From positions 4,860,001-4,892,000 of the forward strand of contig NZ_CP015137.1 of NCBI RefSeq assembly GCF_001644705.1: a stretch of DNA of 32,000 nucleotides. The letters run 5' to 3'. The first letter of the stretch is position 1; the number at the start of each line of letters is the position of its first letter. The notes under the pieces are model-generated. The model had not been told where the DNA came from and made no database searches. It saw nothing but the letters and a program-made list of their open reading frames with translations. A program made the translations under genes and the position numbers. Shown piece after piece: positions 1 through 8,197 of the stretch. This stretch comes from Dickeya solani IPO 2222 (GTDB lineage Bacteria; Pseudomonadota; Gammaproteobacteria; Enterobacterales; Enterobacteriaceae).

Positions 1-519
1 GTAGCTGGTGAAAGGCCGCGACGCGCGGTCGATAGTTTTCCAGGTGGTCAGTTCGCCCCACATCGGTTGGTCGGCAATCAGCTGTTCGCGCAGCCCTTGC
101 TGTTCATCTGACGGCAGTTTGCGCAGCGTGCGGGTGATAAGCTGGCGATACTGGCCGTCCTCATAACCCAACCGTTTGGTGATGGTGGCGACCTGCCCGG
201 TGCTGCGGGCATTGCGCAGATCGCTTACCAGCGCCTGAAACACGCTCTCATCCGGCACATCCTTGCCGGACCATTGCCGCATCGCCTCGATAGTGGTCGG
301 CATGCTGACGCGCAGGTCCGGGTTGGACACGCTTTTGCCCAGAATCGACAGTATCGGGAACAGAAAACTGGCCAGAATGAACAGGAACAACGGTGCAATC
401 AGCAACAGTGACCGTTTCTGATAGCGGGCCTGCGCCTGACGCAACTGCTGTTTCAGACTGGTTCGGTTCCCCTCGCCGCCGGCAGGCGGCTCTGCCTTCA
501 ACATCTCGTTCTGGGACAT
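1..519 (-). CDS. ABC transporter permease, 5' part (gene runs off the left edge of the window)
   Basis: Minus-strand frame is open from the ATG at 519..517 to position 1 (173 codons). It is absent from the ORF track because there is no stop in-window. Translation: MSQNEMLKAEPPAGGEGNRTSLKQQLRQAQARYQKRSLLLIAPLFLFILASFLFPILSILGKS... A basic stretch followed by a hydrophobic TM helix is typical of PotB/PotH-like permeases. The gene starts 36 nt after the stop of the SBP gene. Confidence 0.7.
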   Translation of the reverse strand, partial: MSQNEMLKAEPPAGGEGNRTSLKQQLRQAQARYQKRSLLLIAPLFLFILASFLFPILSILGKSVSNPDLRVSMPTTIEAMRQWSGKDVPDESVFQALVSDLRNARSTGQVATITKRLGYEDGQYRQLITRTLRKLPSDEQQGLREQLIADQPMWGELTTWKTIDRASRPFTSY

Positions 520-555
520 AAGCGCTCTCTCCTTGTGATCAATACCGGTTCGGGA

Positions 556-1587
556 TTACTTCTGGGCAGCCCAGGCGTTGAAGCGCTGCTCCAGCTCTTC
601 GCCGTGATCGATCCAGAACTCGGTATCCACCTGCACCGACTGAGCCAGGTTATCCGGCGCGGTCGGCAGGTTGCGGCTGATCGCGGGGTCCAGCAAGGCG
701 GTGGTTTTACCGTTGGTCGGGCCGTAGGCGATGTTTTCCGCGAACACTTTCTGGTTTTCCGGCTGGTTGGCGAATGCGATGAACTGTTCGGCCAGCGCTT
801 TGTGTTTGGAGCCTTTCACGATGGCCCAGCTATCCAGATCGTACAGGCCGTCTTTCCAGACGATATTGATGCCCGGTTTCTCTTTCTGCGCCACCGCTAC
901 GCGGCCGTTGTAGGCGGAGGTCATCACCACGTCGCCCGCCACCAGCCATTGCAGCGGCTGCGCGCCGGATTCCCACCACTGGATATTGGATTTAATCTGA
1001 TCGAGTTTCTTAAACGCACGATCGACGCCGGCCGGAGTCGCCAGCACGTTATAGACGTCTTCACGCTTCACGCCGTCCGCCAGCAAGGCGATTTCCAGCG
1101 TGAACTTGGCGCTTTTACGCAGCGCGCGCTTGCCGGGGAAGTTTTTCACGTCCCAGAAATCGGCCCAGCTTTTCGGCGCTTGTTGCAGTTTGTTGGCGTT
1201 ATAGGTCAGCACGGTGGACCAGACAAAGATCCCGGCGCCGCACTCGGAAACCGACCCCTTCACGAAATCAGCCTGATTGCCCAGCTTTTTCCAGTCCAGC
1301 GGTTCAAACAACCCTTCGTTGCACCCACGCAGCAGTTCCGGACCCTCCACCTCCACCACGTCCCAGCCGACCTGCCCGGTCTGCACCATGGCGCGGATAC
1401 GAGCCATTTCACCGTTGTATTCGCCGGCTTCGATAGCGCCCTTACCTGCCGCCTGGAACGGTTTGTAAAACGCTTTATCCTGCGCGTCCTTGTTGGTGCC
1501 GCCAAAGGAAATCACGGTCAGGTTGTCGGCCCAGGCCTGGGAAGCCATGGCAACGAGCAGAGCGGATAATGCAAATTTTTTCAACAT
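556..1587 (-). CDS. periplasmic substrate-binding protein of a polyamine/amino-compound type ABC transporter (PotD/PotF-like)
   Basis: ORF 556..1614. I prefer the internal ATG at 1587, which gives MLKKFALSALLVAMASQAWA (a signal peptide) and has AGGAG (complement of 1595..1599) 7 nt upstream. Size of about 343 aa and sequence character fit family-1 solute-binding proteins. A permease gene lies immediately downstream. Confidence 0.8.
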   Translation of the reverse strand: MLKKFALSALLVAMASQAWADNLTVISFGGTNKDAQDKAFYKPFQAAGKGAIEAGEYNGEMARIRAMVQTGQVGWDVVEVEGPELLRGCNEGLFEPLDWKKLGNQADFVKGSVSECGAGIFVWSTVLTYNANKLQQAPKSWADFWDVKNFPGKRALRKSAKFTLEIALLADGVKREDVYNVLATPAGVDRAFKKLDQIKSNIQWWESGAQPLQWLVAGDVVMTSAYNGRVAVAQKEKPGINIVWKDGLYDLDSWAIVKGSKHKALAEQFIAFANQPENQKVFAENIAYGPTNGKTTALLDPAISRNLPTAPDNLAQSVQVDTEFWIDHGEELEQRFNAWAAQK

Positions 1588-1673
1588 GGTCTGGCTCCTG
1601 AAAAGAGTAGTCAACGTATGCCCACGAGGGCAAAACCCTTAATTTTTTTTGATGCATAGGCATCAGTTTATAA

Positions 1674-1690
1674 AGCAGTTTTCATGCCAG
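1674..1690 (-). promoter_or_regulatory. candidate sigma54 (-24/-12) promoter for the SBP-permease operon
   Basis: The minus strand reads CTGGCATGAAAACTGCT. The GG and GC doublets have exactly the TGGCAC-N5-TTGC spacing. The site is about 87 nt upstream of the SBP ATG. Confidence 0.45.
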
Positions 1691-1739
1691 TTTCTGTCGT
1701 CTGCGTTGAAAACCACCGGATGGCGCCGTAGAGAAACCG

Positions 1740-1760
1740 CGTTGTGCAATGTGCACAACG
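1740..1760. promoter_or_regulatory. 21-bp palindrome CGTTGTGCA-ATG-TGCACAACG (candidate activator/repressor site)
   Basis: Perfect 9-bp arms read directly in the sequence. It lies about 50-70 bp upstream of the candidate sigma54 promoter, relative to the minus-strand operon. Confidence 0.4.
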
Positions 1761-1806
1761 CCTATCCTATTTTTCGCGTGATAGCTTGTACTGAATTCGC
1801 CTTGTT

Positions 1807-1837
1807 ATGGTGCAGTCCGGCAGTAAGACTGCACCAT
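1807..1837. promoter_or_regulatory. perfect 11-bp inverted repeat ATGGTGCAGTC-N9-GACTGCACCAT (enhancer-like site or gabD 3' hairpin)
   Basis: Read directly. It contains TGGTGCA / TGCACCA half-sites resembling NtrC-type sites, but in everted order. It lies 43 nt after the gabD stop and has no U-run, so its function is ambiguous. Confidence 0.35.
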
Positions 1838-1879
1838 GTTGGCTCGAAAAGCCGGATGAGCGACCCTGCTTATCCGCCG

Positions 1880-3340
1880 TCAGGCTGACGGAGTGAGGTC
1901 AACGCAGAGATATTTCATCTCCAGGTATTCCTCGATGCCGAAGCGTGAACCTTCGCGCCCCAGCCCTGATTGTTTCACCCCGCCGAAGGGGGCTACTTCG
2001 TTGGAAATGAGGCCGGTGTTGATCCCCACCATGCCGTATTCAAGCGCTTCCGGCACCCGCCACTGCCGAATGGCGTCGCGGGTGTAGACGTAGGCAGCCA
2101 GGCCGAACTCGGTATCGTTGGCCATCGCCACCGCCTGCGCCTCATCGTCAAACGGGAACAACGGCGCCACCGGGCCAAACGTCTCCTCGCGGGCGAAACG
2201 CATATCGCGCGTCACGCCGCCGATCACCGTCGGGGTAAAGAAAGTGCCGCCGAGCGCGTGGCGCGAGCCGCCGGTCAGCAGTTTCGCCCCTTTCGACAGC
2301 GCATCGTCAATATGCTGCTCGACTTTGCCGACCGCATCGTCGTCGATCAACGGGCCTTGCATCACGCCGGGCTGGGTGCCGTCGCCCACTTTCAACTTCT
2401 CCACCTCTTCCACCAACCGGGCCGCCAGCGCTGGATAAATACCGCGCTGAACATAAATGCGGTTGGCGCAGACGCAGGTTTGCCCGCTATTGCGGAATTT
2501 GGACGCCAAAATGCCTTTTATCGCCTGCTCCAGGTCGGCATCGTCAAACACGATGAACGGCGCATTGCCACCCAGCTCCAGCGACAGCTTTTTCACCGTC
2601 GGCGCACATTGCGCCATCAGAATACGGCCGACTTCGGTGGAACCGGTAAAACTCAGCTTGCGCACCACCGGGCTGTCGCACAGGACTTTACCGACCGCCG
2701 GCGCGTCGCCGGTCACCACCTGCAGCACACCGGCGGGAATACCGGCCTGCTGCGCCAGTTCCGCCAGCGCCAGCGCGGTAAACGGCGTCTGTTCCGCCGG
2801 CTTGACGATCATGGTGCAACCGGCCGCCAGCGCCGGCGCGGCTTTGCGGGTGATCATCGCCGCCGGGAAGTTCCACGGCGTGATCGCGGCGCACACGCCG
2901 ATACCCTGCTTGATCACCAACAAACGCTGACTAGCCTGCGGCGATTGCAGCACGCTGCCTTCCACCCGTTTGGCCTCTTCGGCAAACCAGTCGATAAACG
3001 AGGTGGCATAGGCGATTTCACCGCTGGCTTCCGCCAGCGATTTGCCCTGTTCAGCGGTCAGAATGGCCGCCAGATCGTCCTGATTCGCGCGAATCAATTG
3101 CGCCCACGCCTGCATCAGCGCAGCGCGTTCTTTGCCGGTGCGCTGACGCCACGCGGTCAGCGCCTGTCCGGCGGCGGTAATCGCCTGCTGGGTCTGTTCC
3201 GCCGTTGCCAGCGGAATGCTTCCCAACGCAGTGCCGGTCGCGGGGTTGGTCACGCTCAGGCGTTCCCCATTGAGGCTATCCTGCCATTCGCCGCCGATTA
3301 GGCATTGTTGACGAAATAACGTTTTATTTTTCAGTTGCAT
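1880..3340 (-). CDS. gabD: NAD(P)-dependent succinate-semialdehyde dehydrogenase
   Basis: ORF 1880..3358. The ATG at 3340 gives MQLKNKTLFRQQCLIGGEWQD, which aligns with the E. coli GabD N-terminus MKLNDSNLFRQQALINGEW. Aldehyde dehydrogenase motifs are present (ELGGNAP, FRNSGQTCVCANR). It lies immediately downstream of gabT. Confidence 0.9.
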   Translation of the reverse strand: MQLKNKTLFRQQCLIGGEWQDSLNGERLSVTNPATGTALGSIPLATAEQTQQAITAAGQALTAWRQRTGKERAALMQAWAQLIRANQDDLAAILTAEQGKSLAEASGEIAYATSFIDWFAEEAKRVEGSVLQSPQASQRLLVIKQGIGVCAAITPWNFPAAMITRKAAPALAAGCTMIVKPAEQTPFTALALAELAQQAGIPAGVLQVVTGDAPAVGKVLCDSPVVRKLSFTGSTEVGRILMAQCAPTVKKLSLELGGNAPFIVFDDADLEQAIKGILASKFRNSGQTCVCANRIYVQRGIYPALAARLVEEVEKLKVGDGTQPGVMQGPLIDDDAVGKVEQHIDDALSKGAKLLTGGSRHALGGTFFTPTVIGGVTRDMRFAREETFGPVAPLFPFDDEAQAVAMANDTEFGLAAYVYTRDAIRQWRVPEALEYGMVGINTGLISNEVAPFGGVKQSGLGREGSRFGIEEYLEMKYLCVDLTPSA

Positions 3341-3361
3341 AACTACCCTTTCACTCACGTC

Positions 3362-4627
3362 TCACTTCGCCAGAACGCTGTTCAGGATCGACAGCGCCTT
3401 GCTGAACTGGGTATCCGGAATGGTCAATGGATACAGGAAACGAATCACGTTGCCGTGCGTGCCGCAGGTCAACAGCAGCAGCCCCTGTTCCAGCGCCGCC
3501 TGCTGGTATTTTTTGGTGCTCTCCGCGCTCGGTTTGCCGGTCTGCGGGTCGTTAAACTCCACCGCCACCATGGAACCGCGGGCGCGAATATCGGCGATCG
3601 CCGTATTGCCGGCTTTCGCTCTTTCCAGCGCTTCCACCAGTGTAGCGCCCAGACGCTGGGCGCGCTGGCACAGTTGTTCTTCTTCAATCACATCCAGCAC
3701 CGCCAGCGCCGACGCCACCGCCAGCGGGTTACCGGCATAGGTGCCGCCCAGCCCGCCGGGGCCCGGCGCGTCCATCACCTCGGCGCGGCCCACTACGCCG
3801 GAAATCGGGAAACCGCCGCCCAGGCTCTTCGCCATGGTGATCAGGTCCGCTTTATCGTCGTAATACTCCATAGCGAACACCTTGCCGGTACGGGCAAAAC
3901 CGGTCTGCACTTCATCGGCGATCAACAACATGCCGTACTTGTCGCACAGCTGGCGCACGCCGCTGATGAATTCCGGCGGCGCGACATTGAAGCCGCCTTC
4001 GCCCTGAATCGGCTCCAGCAGAATGGCCGCGACCTGATCGGCGGCGATATCGGTGTGCAGCAGGCGGTCAATGCTGTCCAGCGCCTGCTCTACGGTGATG
4101 CCATGCTGGGCATTCGGATACAGCGCATGGAAAATGGAGCCAGGGAACGGACCGAACCCGGTGGAATACGGTGCCACTTTACCGGTCAGCGTCAGGGTCA
4201 GCAGCGTACGGCCGTGGAATGCGGCGCCAAAGGCGATCACCCCTGGGCGTTTGGTATACGCGCGGGCGATTTTCACCGCATTTTCAACCGCTTCGGCACC
4301 CGTGGTGAAGAAAGCGGTCTTGGCCGGGCCGGCGATCGGCGCCAGCGCGTTCAGGCGTTCCGCCAGCGCCACATAGCTGCCGTACGGGACGATTTGATAA
4401 GCGGTATGGGTGAATTTCTCCAGTTGTTCGCGCACCGCCGCCACCAGTTTCGGGTGACGGTGGCCGGTGTTCAGCACCGCAATCCCGGCAGCAAAATCAA
4501 TATACTCGCGCCCTTCAACATCCCACAGGGTGGCGTTCTCGGCCTTGTCGGCAAAGAAATCGCACATGACGCCCACGCCACGCGGCGTAGCGGCCAAACG
4601 ACGTTGATTCAATTCGCTGTTACTCAT
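3362..4627 (-). CDS. gabT: 4-aminobutyrate--2-oxoglutarate aminotransferase (class III PLP aminotransferase)
   Basis: ORF 3362..4708. I prefer the ATG at 4627 (MSNSELNQRRLAATPRGVGV...), as in GabT. Class-III aminotransferase hallmarks are present (LLIADEVQTGFARTG, the TMAKSLGGG lysine region). It is paired with gabD. Confidence 0.9.
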   Translation of the reverse strand: MSNSELNQRRLAATPRGVGVMCDFFADKAENATLWDVEGREYIDFAAGIAVLNTGHRHPKLVAAVREQLEKFTHTAYQIVPYGSYVALAERLNALAPIAGPAKTAFFTTGAEAVENAVKIARAYTKRPGVIAFGAAFHGRTLLTLTLTGKVAPYSTGFGPFPGSIFHALYPNAQHGITVEQALDSIDRLLHTDIAADQVAAILLEPIQGEGGFNVAPPEFISGVRQLCDKYGMLLIADEVQTGFARTGKVFAMEYYDDKADLITMAKSLGGGFPISGVVGRAEVMDAPGPGGLGGTYAGNPLAVASALAVLDVIEEEQLCQRAQRLGATLVEALERAKAGNTAIADIRARGSMVAVEFNDPQTGKPSAESTKKYQQAALEQGLLLLTCGTHGNVIRFLYPLTIPDTQFSKALSILNSVLAK

Positions 4628-4753
4628 TATTCTGCTCCGATTCGATGAACACACCACCCGACGGGGGCTGACGATTAACGTTCTGATGTTGCTATTTATC
4701 CCCTGCATGGCCCTATAATCCAGAGCCAGTTTTTAATATTTGAAGGATCCACT

Positions 4754-6241
4754 TTGCGCTCACTACTGACCGATTTGCTGCTGCAGGGGCTGGAGCAACA
4801 GCAGGAAGGCACCCTCAACAAGCGGCTGTACGACACTATTCGGCTGGCGATTCTGAGCGGCGATATCGCGCCGGGGCGGCGGCTGCCCTCGTCTCGCGAC
4901 CTGGCACAGCAGTTGTCGCTGTCGCGCAATACGGTGATCGCCGCCTTTGAACAGTTGCTGGCGGAAGGCTATATCGAAACCCGCACCGGCAGCGGCAGTT
5001 ATGTCACCGAACAGTTGCCGGACACTCACCCGCCGGATGTGCGCGACGATACCCAGTCGCCATTGCGCCCGGCGGTGCGGGAGATTTCCCGGCGCGGCAT
5101 GCACCTGCTGGGCTACGCCGGCGCGTCGGCGCGCCAGTGGGGAGCCTTTATGCCAGGCATCCCGGATATCGCCAGCTTTCCGCATGACCTGTGGCGACGG
5201 CTGCAAACCCGGCTGTCTCGCCGCCTGAAACCGGAACAACTCTCCTATTCGCCGATCGGCGGCTGCCCGGAGTTGCAACAGGCGCTGGTGGACTACCTGC
5301 GGGTGGCGCGCTCGGTCACCTGTACCCCGGAACAAATTCTGATTACCGAAGGCACCCATCAGGCGATGGACCTGCTGGCAAAAATGCTGTGTAACCCCGG
5401 CGATCTGGCGTGGATTGAAGACCCCTGCTACTGGGGAATGCGCAACGTGCTGACCATCAACGGCTTGCGTGTCGCGCCCATCGAGGTGGATGAGCAAGGC
5501 ATGGTGCCGCCGGACGACGTCTCGCCCCAATCGGTACCGCGGCTGATTTGCGTCACTCCGTCGCACCAGTATCCGCTGGGCGCAGTGATGAGTCTGGCAC
5601 GCCGCCAGCGCCTGCTGGCACTGGCGCAGGAACACAGCAGTTGGGTTATCGAAGACGATTACGACAGCGAGTTCCGTTTTTCCGGCAGCCCTATCCCGGC
5701 GCTACAGGGGCTGCAAACCCAGCCACCGGTGATTTACATCGGCACCTGCAGCAAAACCCTCTATCCGGGGCTGCGCGTCAGTTACATGGTGCTGCCGCCG
5801 CATCTGGCGCGTGAGCTGAAAACGGCGCACGCCGAGCTATACCGGGGCGGTCACCTGCTGACGCAACTGACGCTGAGTCAGTTCATCAGCGAAGGCCACT
5901 ACGCCGCCCACATCCGCCGCATGCGCCTGCTGTACGCGCGCCGCCGCGCCCTGCTGAGCGAGTTGATCGTGCAGCATCTGGGCGAAGATTACCTTGGCTA
6001 CAACAGTAACGCCGGTCTGCACCTGATTTTGCGGTTGCCCGACCACATCGACGATGTGGTGTTGAGCGCCCGTATTCTGCAACACGGCGTGATGGTTAAA
6101 CCGCTGTCCAGTTACTATCTGCGACCGACGCACCAGCGCGGGCTGCTGCTCGGTTACGCCAGCGTGGACGACGCCGAGATGGTGCGGGCATTTGAGGTGA
6201 TCCTCCGCTGTTTACGCACGCTGAAAAACGCGCGCGCCTGA
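4754..6241 (+). CDS. MocR/GabR-type transcriptional regulator (GntR wHTH fused to an aminotransferase-like PLP domain)
   Basis: 495 aa with a TTG start and AAGGA 6 nt upstream. The N-terminus LYDTIRLAILSGDIAPGRRLPSSRDLAQQLSLSRNTVIAAFEQLLAEGYIETRTGSGSYV is a GntR HTH. The remaining ~400 aa is a fold-type-I aminotransferase-like domain. The gene is divergent from gabT-gabD. Confidence 0.85.
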   Translation: MRSLLTDLLLQGLEQQQEGTLNKRLYDTIRLAILSGDIAPGRRLPSSRDLAQQLSLSRNTVIAAFEQLLAEGYIETRTGSGSYVTEQLPDTHPPDVRDDTQSPLRPAVREISRRGMHLLGYAGASARQWGAFMPGIPDIASFPHDLWRRLQTRLSRRLKPEQLSYSPIGGCPELQQALVDYLRVARSVTCTPEQILITEGTHQAMDLLAKMLCNPGDLAWIEDPCYWGMRNVLTINGLRVAPIEVDEQGMVPPDDVSPQSVPRLICVTPSHQYPLGAVMSLARRQRLLALAQEHSSWVIEDDYDSEFRFSGSPIPALQGLQTQPPVIYIGTCSKTLYPGLRVSYMVLPPHLARELKTAHAELYRGGHLLTQLTLSQFISEGHYAAHIRRMRLLYARRRALLSELIVQHLGEDYLGYNSNAGLHLILRLPDHIDDVVLSARILQHGVMVKPLSSYYLRPTHQRGLLLGYASVDDAEMVRAFEVILRCLRTLKNARA

Positions 6242-6584
6242 ATCCCTTGCCTGCCGTTTGAGCGCGCACTTGCCGCCAAAAACACGCAGCAGAAAAACCG
6301 GTGGAGCCGACATTCTCCACGCCGGTTTTTCGCCTCAAAATAACGCACAACAGCAGTGCCTTTATTTAACACACTCTCACCATTTTGATGCAAAGGCGAA
6401 TTACCGTACACTTTATTGTTCACGGCTGCTGTTCGCTGTGGCGATTTTACCGTTGTGCAACATGCACAATAAACTCCCCGTCAATGGCTGAGCCTCGGCC
6501 TGATTTTTTGCTGGAGTAAGATTCTGTATTGCTCTTTTTTCACCCTCATAATTATAAGAATAATTTCTCAATTAAGTATCAGGC

Positions 6585-6608
6585 ATGACTTATGCATACA
6601 TAAGTCAT
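6585..6608. promoter_or_regulatory. 24-bp inverted repeat ATGACTTATG-CATA-CATAAGTCAT (candidate operator)
   Basis: Perfect 10-bp arms, read directly. It lies 36 nt upstream of the ABC ATPase ATG, inside an AT-rich promoter-like stretch. Confidence 0.4.
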
Positions 6609-6643
6609 CAGCGCCGCGCTACGACACGTGAGAGAAGGGAAGA

Positions 6644-7738
6644 ATGAAAACCTACGTTAGCTTCAAAAATATTCAAAAAACCTACGATGGCGATCGTCTG
6701 GTGGTCAAAAATCTGAATCTGGATATTCAGGAAGGCGAGTTTCTGACCATGCTGGGTCCGTCAGGCTCCGGCAAAACCACCAGCCTGATGATGCTGGCCG
6801 GGTTTGAAACGCCGACACAGGGCGAAATTCTGCTGCGCGACACACCGCTGCACAACCTGCCGCCCCACCAGCGCGGCATTGGTATGGTATTTCAGAACTA
6901 CGCACTGTTCCCGCACATGACGGTGGCGGAAAACCTGGCGTTTCCGCTCTCTATTCGCCGCATGAACCGCAGCGATATCAAGGAAAAAGTGGATCGGGTG
7001 CTGGACCGCGTCAAACTGACCAATCTGGCTGACCGTTACCCGGCGCAGATGTCCGGCGGTCAGCAACAGCGCGTGGCGCTGGCCAGAGCGCTGGTGTTCG
7101 AACCGCGTTTAGTGCTGATGGATGAACCGCTGGGCGCGCTGGACAAGCAACTGCGCGAGCACATGCAACTGGAAATCAAGGAACTGCACCGGGCGCTGGA
7201 GCTCACCGTGGTGTACGTCACCCACGATCAGAGCGAAGCGATGACCATGTCGGACCGGGTCGCGGTCTTCAACGACGGGATTATTCAGCAGATGGACAGC
7301 CCCAGCGATATCTACGAACGTCCGCAGAATGCCTTCGTCGCGCAGTTTATCGGCGAAAACAACACGCTGATTGGCACCCAGTCCGGCGGCGATAGCGACT
7401 ACTATCAGGCCCAGTTGGATGACGGCACCGCATTACGCGCGCTGAAAGTCCGCCCCAGCTCACCGGGCAGAAAAATCCACCTGTGCATTCGCCCGGAGCG
7501 GGTACGGGTCAACGCCAGCGTGCTGCCGGACGGCGCACAACAGGTCAGAGCCCGCATCCAGCAGTTTATCTACCTCGGCGATCATGTCCGCATGATGACC
7601 GAGGTTGCCGGTCAACCGCAGTTTATGGTGAAACTGCCGGCCAGCGACGTAAACCCGAACTGGCAAATCGGCAGCGAAATCAACTTGTCCTGGCAGCCGG
7701 AACACCTGCGCGCGCTGGATGCCGTCACTACGCATTGA
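6644..7738 (+). CDS. ABC transporter ATP-binding protein (PotA/MalK-like importer ATPase with C-terminal regulatory/TOBE-type domain)
   Basis: 364 aa. Walker A GPSGSGKTT, Q-loop, signature MSGGQQQRVALARAL, Walker B LVLMDEPLGALD and H-loop VTHDQ are all present. No permease or SBP gene is adjacent on this strand. Confidence 0.9.
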   Translation: MKTYVSFKNIQKTYDGDRLVVKNLNLDIQEGEFLTMLGPSGSGKTTSLMMLAGFETPTQGEILLRDTPLHNLPPHQRGIGMVFQNYALFPHMTVAENLAFPLSIRRMNRSDIKEKVDRVLDRVKLTNLADRYPAQMSGGQQQRVALARALVFEPRLVLMDEPLGALDKQLREHMQLEIKELHRALELTVVYVTHDQSEAMTMSDRVAVFNDGIIQQMDSPSDIYERPQNAFVAQFIGENNTLIGTQSGGDSDYYQAQLDDGTALRALKVRPSSPGRKIHLCIRPERVRVNASVLPDGAQQVRARIQQFIYLGDHVRMMTEVAGQPQFMVKLPASDVNPNWQIGSEINLSWQPEHLRALDAVTTH

Positions 7739-7803
7739 TCAGTAGCTATACATTGATCAATAACTACACATTGATCAGCAACTACGCATTGTTCAGTCAC
7801 CAC
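7732..7803. repeat. 4 x 18-bp imperfect tandem repeat (GCATTGATCAGTAGCTAT / ACATTGATCAATAACTAC / ACATTGATCAGCAACTAC / GCATTGTTCAGTCACCAC)
   Basis: Read directly. Unit 1 overlaps the ATPase stop codon (7736..7738). Units 1-3 each carry TGATCA, giving GATC at 7737, 7755 and 7773. Confidence 0.85.
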
Positions 7804-7966
7804 ACAGTAATGATGGCGACAGACATTGCCACCGGTTAAGCCGACGTCAATAATAGAGGGCTGACGCTTGCTGCCCGACGCCATGCCAACGCTGGCACGG
7901 GCAGCCGCCGGCGTTAGGTTAACCGCTTCCTCCACAGACAGGACGCACTACACGGAGCCTTTATCT

Positions 7967-8197
7967 ATGCCACATGTTGCCATCAAGTATTTTCCCCGCA
8001 ATCTGCCGGAAACCGCCAAACAGGATTTGGCAAACGAGATCAGCGAATTACTCAAGAAGTACCTGAACGCGGAAGACAAGTCGATCTCGGTTGCCTTAAC
8101 CGAAGTCGCGCCGGAAAGCTGGAAAGAGGCGGTTTACGATATCGAAATCGGGCCGGAGCTGGATAATCTCACCAAAAAGCCGGGGTATACGCTGTAA
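7967..8197 (+). CDS. pptA: tautomerase PptA (4-oxalocrotonate tautomerase family)
   Basis: The internal ATG at 7967 has GGAG about 10 nt upstream. It gives the 76-aa protein MPHVAIKYFPRNLPETAKQDLANEISELLKKYLNAEDKSISVALTEVAPESWKEAVYDIEIGPELDNLTKKPGYTL. The Pro-1 catalytic residue and the overall sequence parallel E. coli PptA/YdcE (MPHIDIKCFPR...KKPGYS). Confidence 0.85.
   Translation: MPHVAIKYFPRNLPETAKQDLANEISELLKKYLNAEDKSISVALTEVAPESWKEAVYDIEIGPELDNLTKKPGYTL

Noticed and set aside
535-6133. Long antisense or alternative-frame ORFs over the SBP, gabD, gabT and MocR genes (535..1569 +, 1970..3301 +, 3335..4648 +, 4763..5635 -, 5837..6133 -)
   Set aside because: These are the same high-GC antisense artefact. 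The sequences are R/G/A/Q-rich with no recognisable domains, and each is fully nested in a confidently identified gene on the other strand.
7732-7803. Possibility that the tandem repeat is a CRISPR array
   Set aside because: The units are contiguous with no spacers, only 18 bp long and imperfect, and there are no cas genes in the window.
7868-7966. Extended 109-aa version of the pptA ORF starting at 7868
   Set aside because: The tautomerase family requires Pro-1 directly after the initiator Met. The ATG at 7967 gives MPHV... with a GGAG RBS, and the upstream extension is GC-rich read-through of intergenic DNA.
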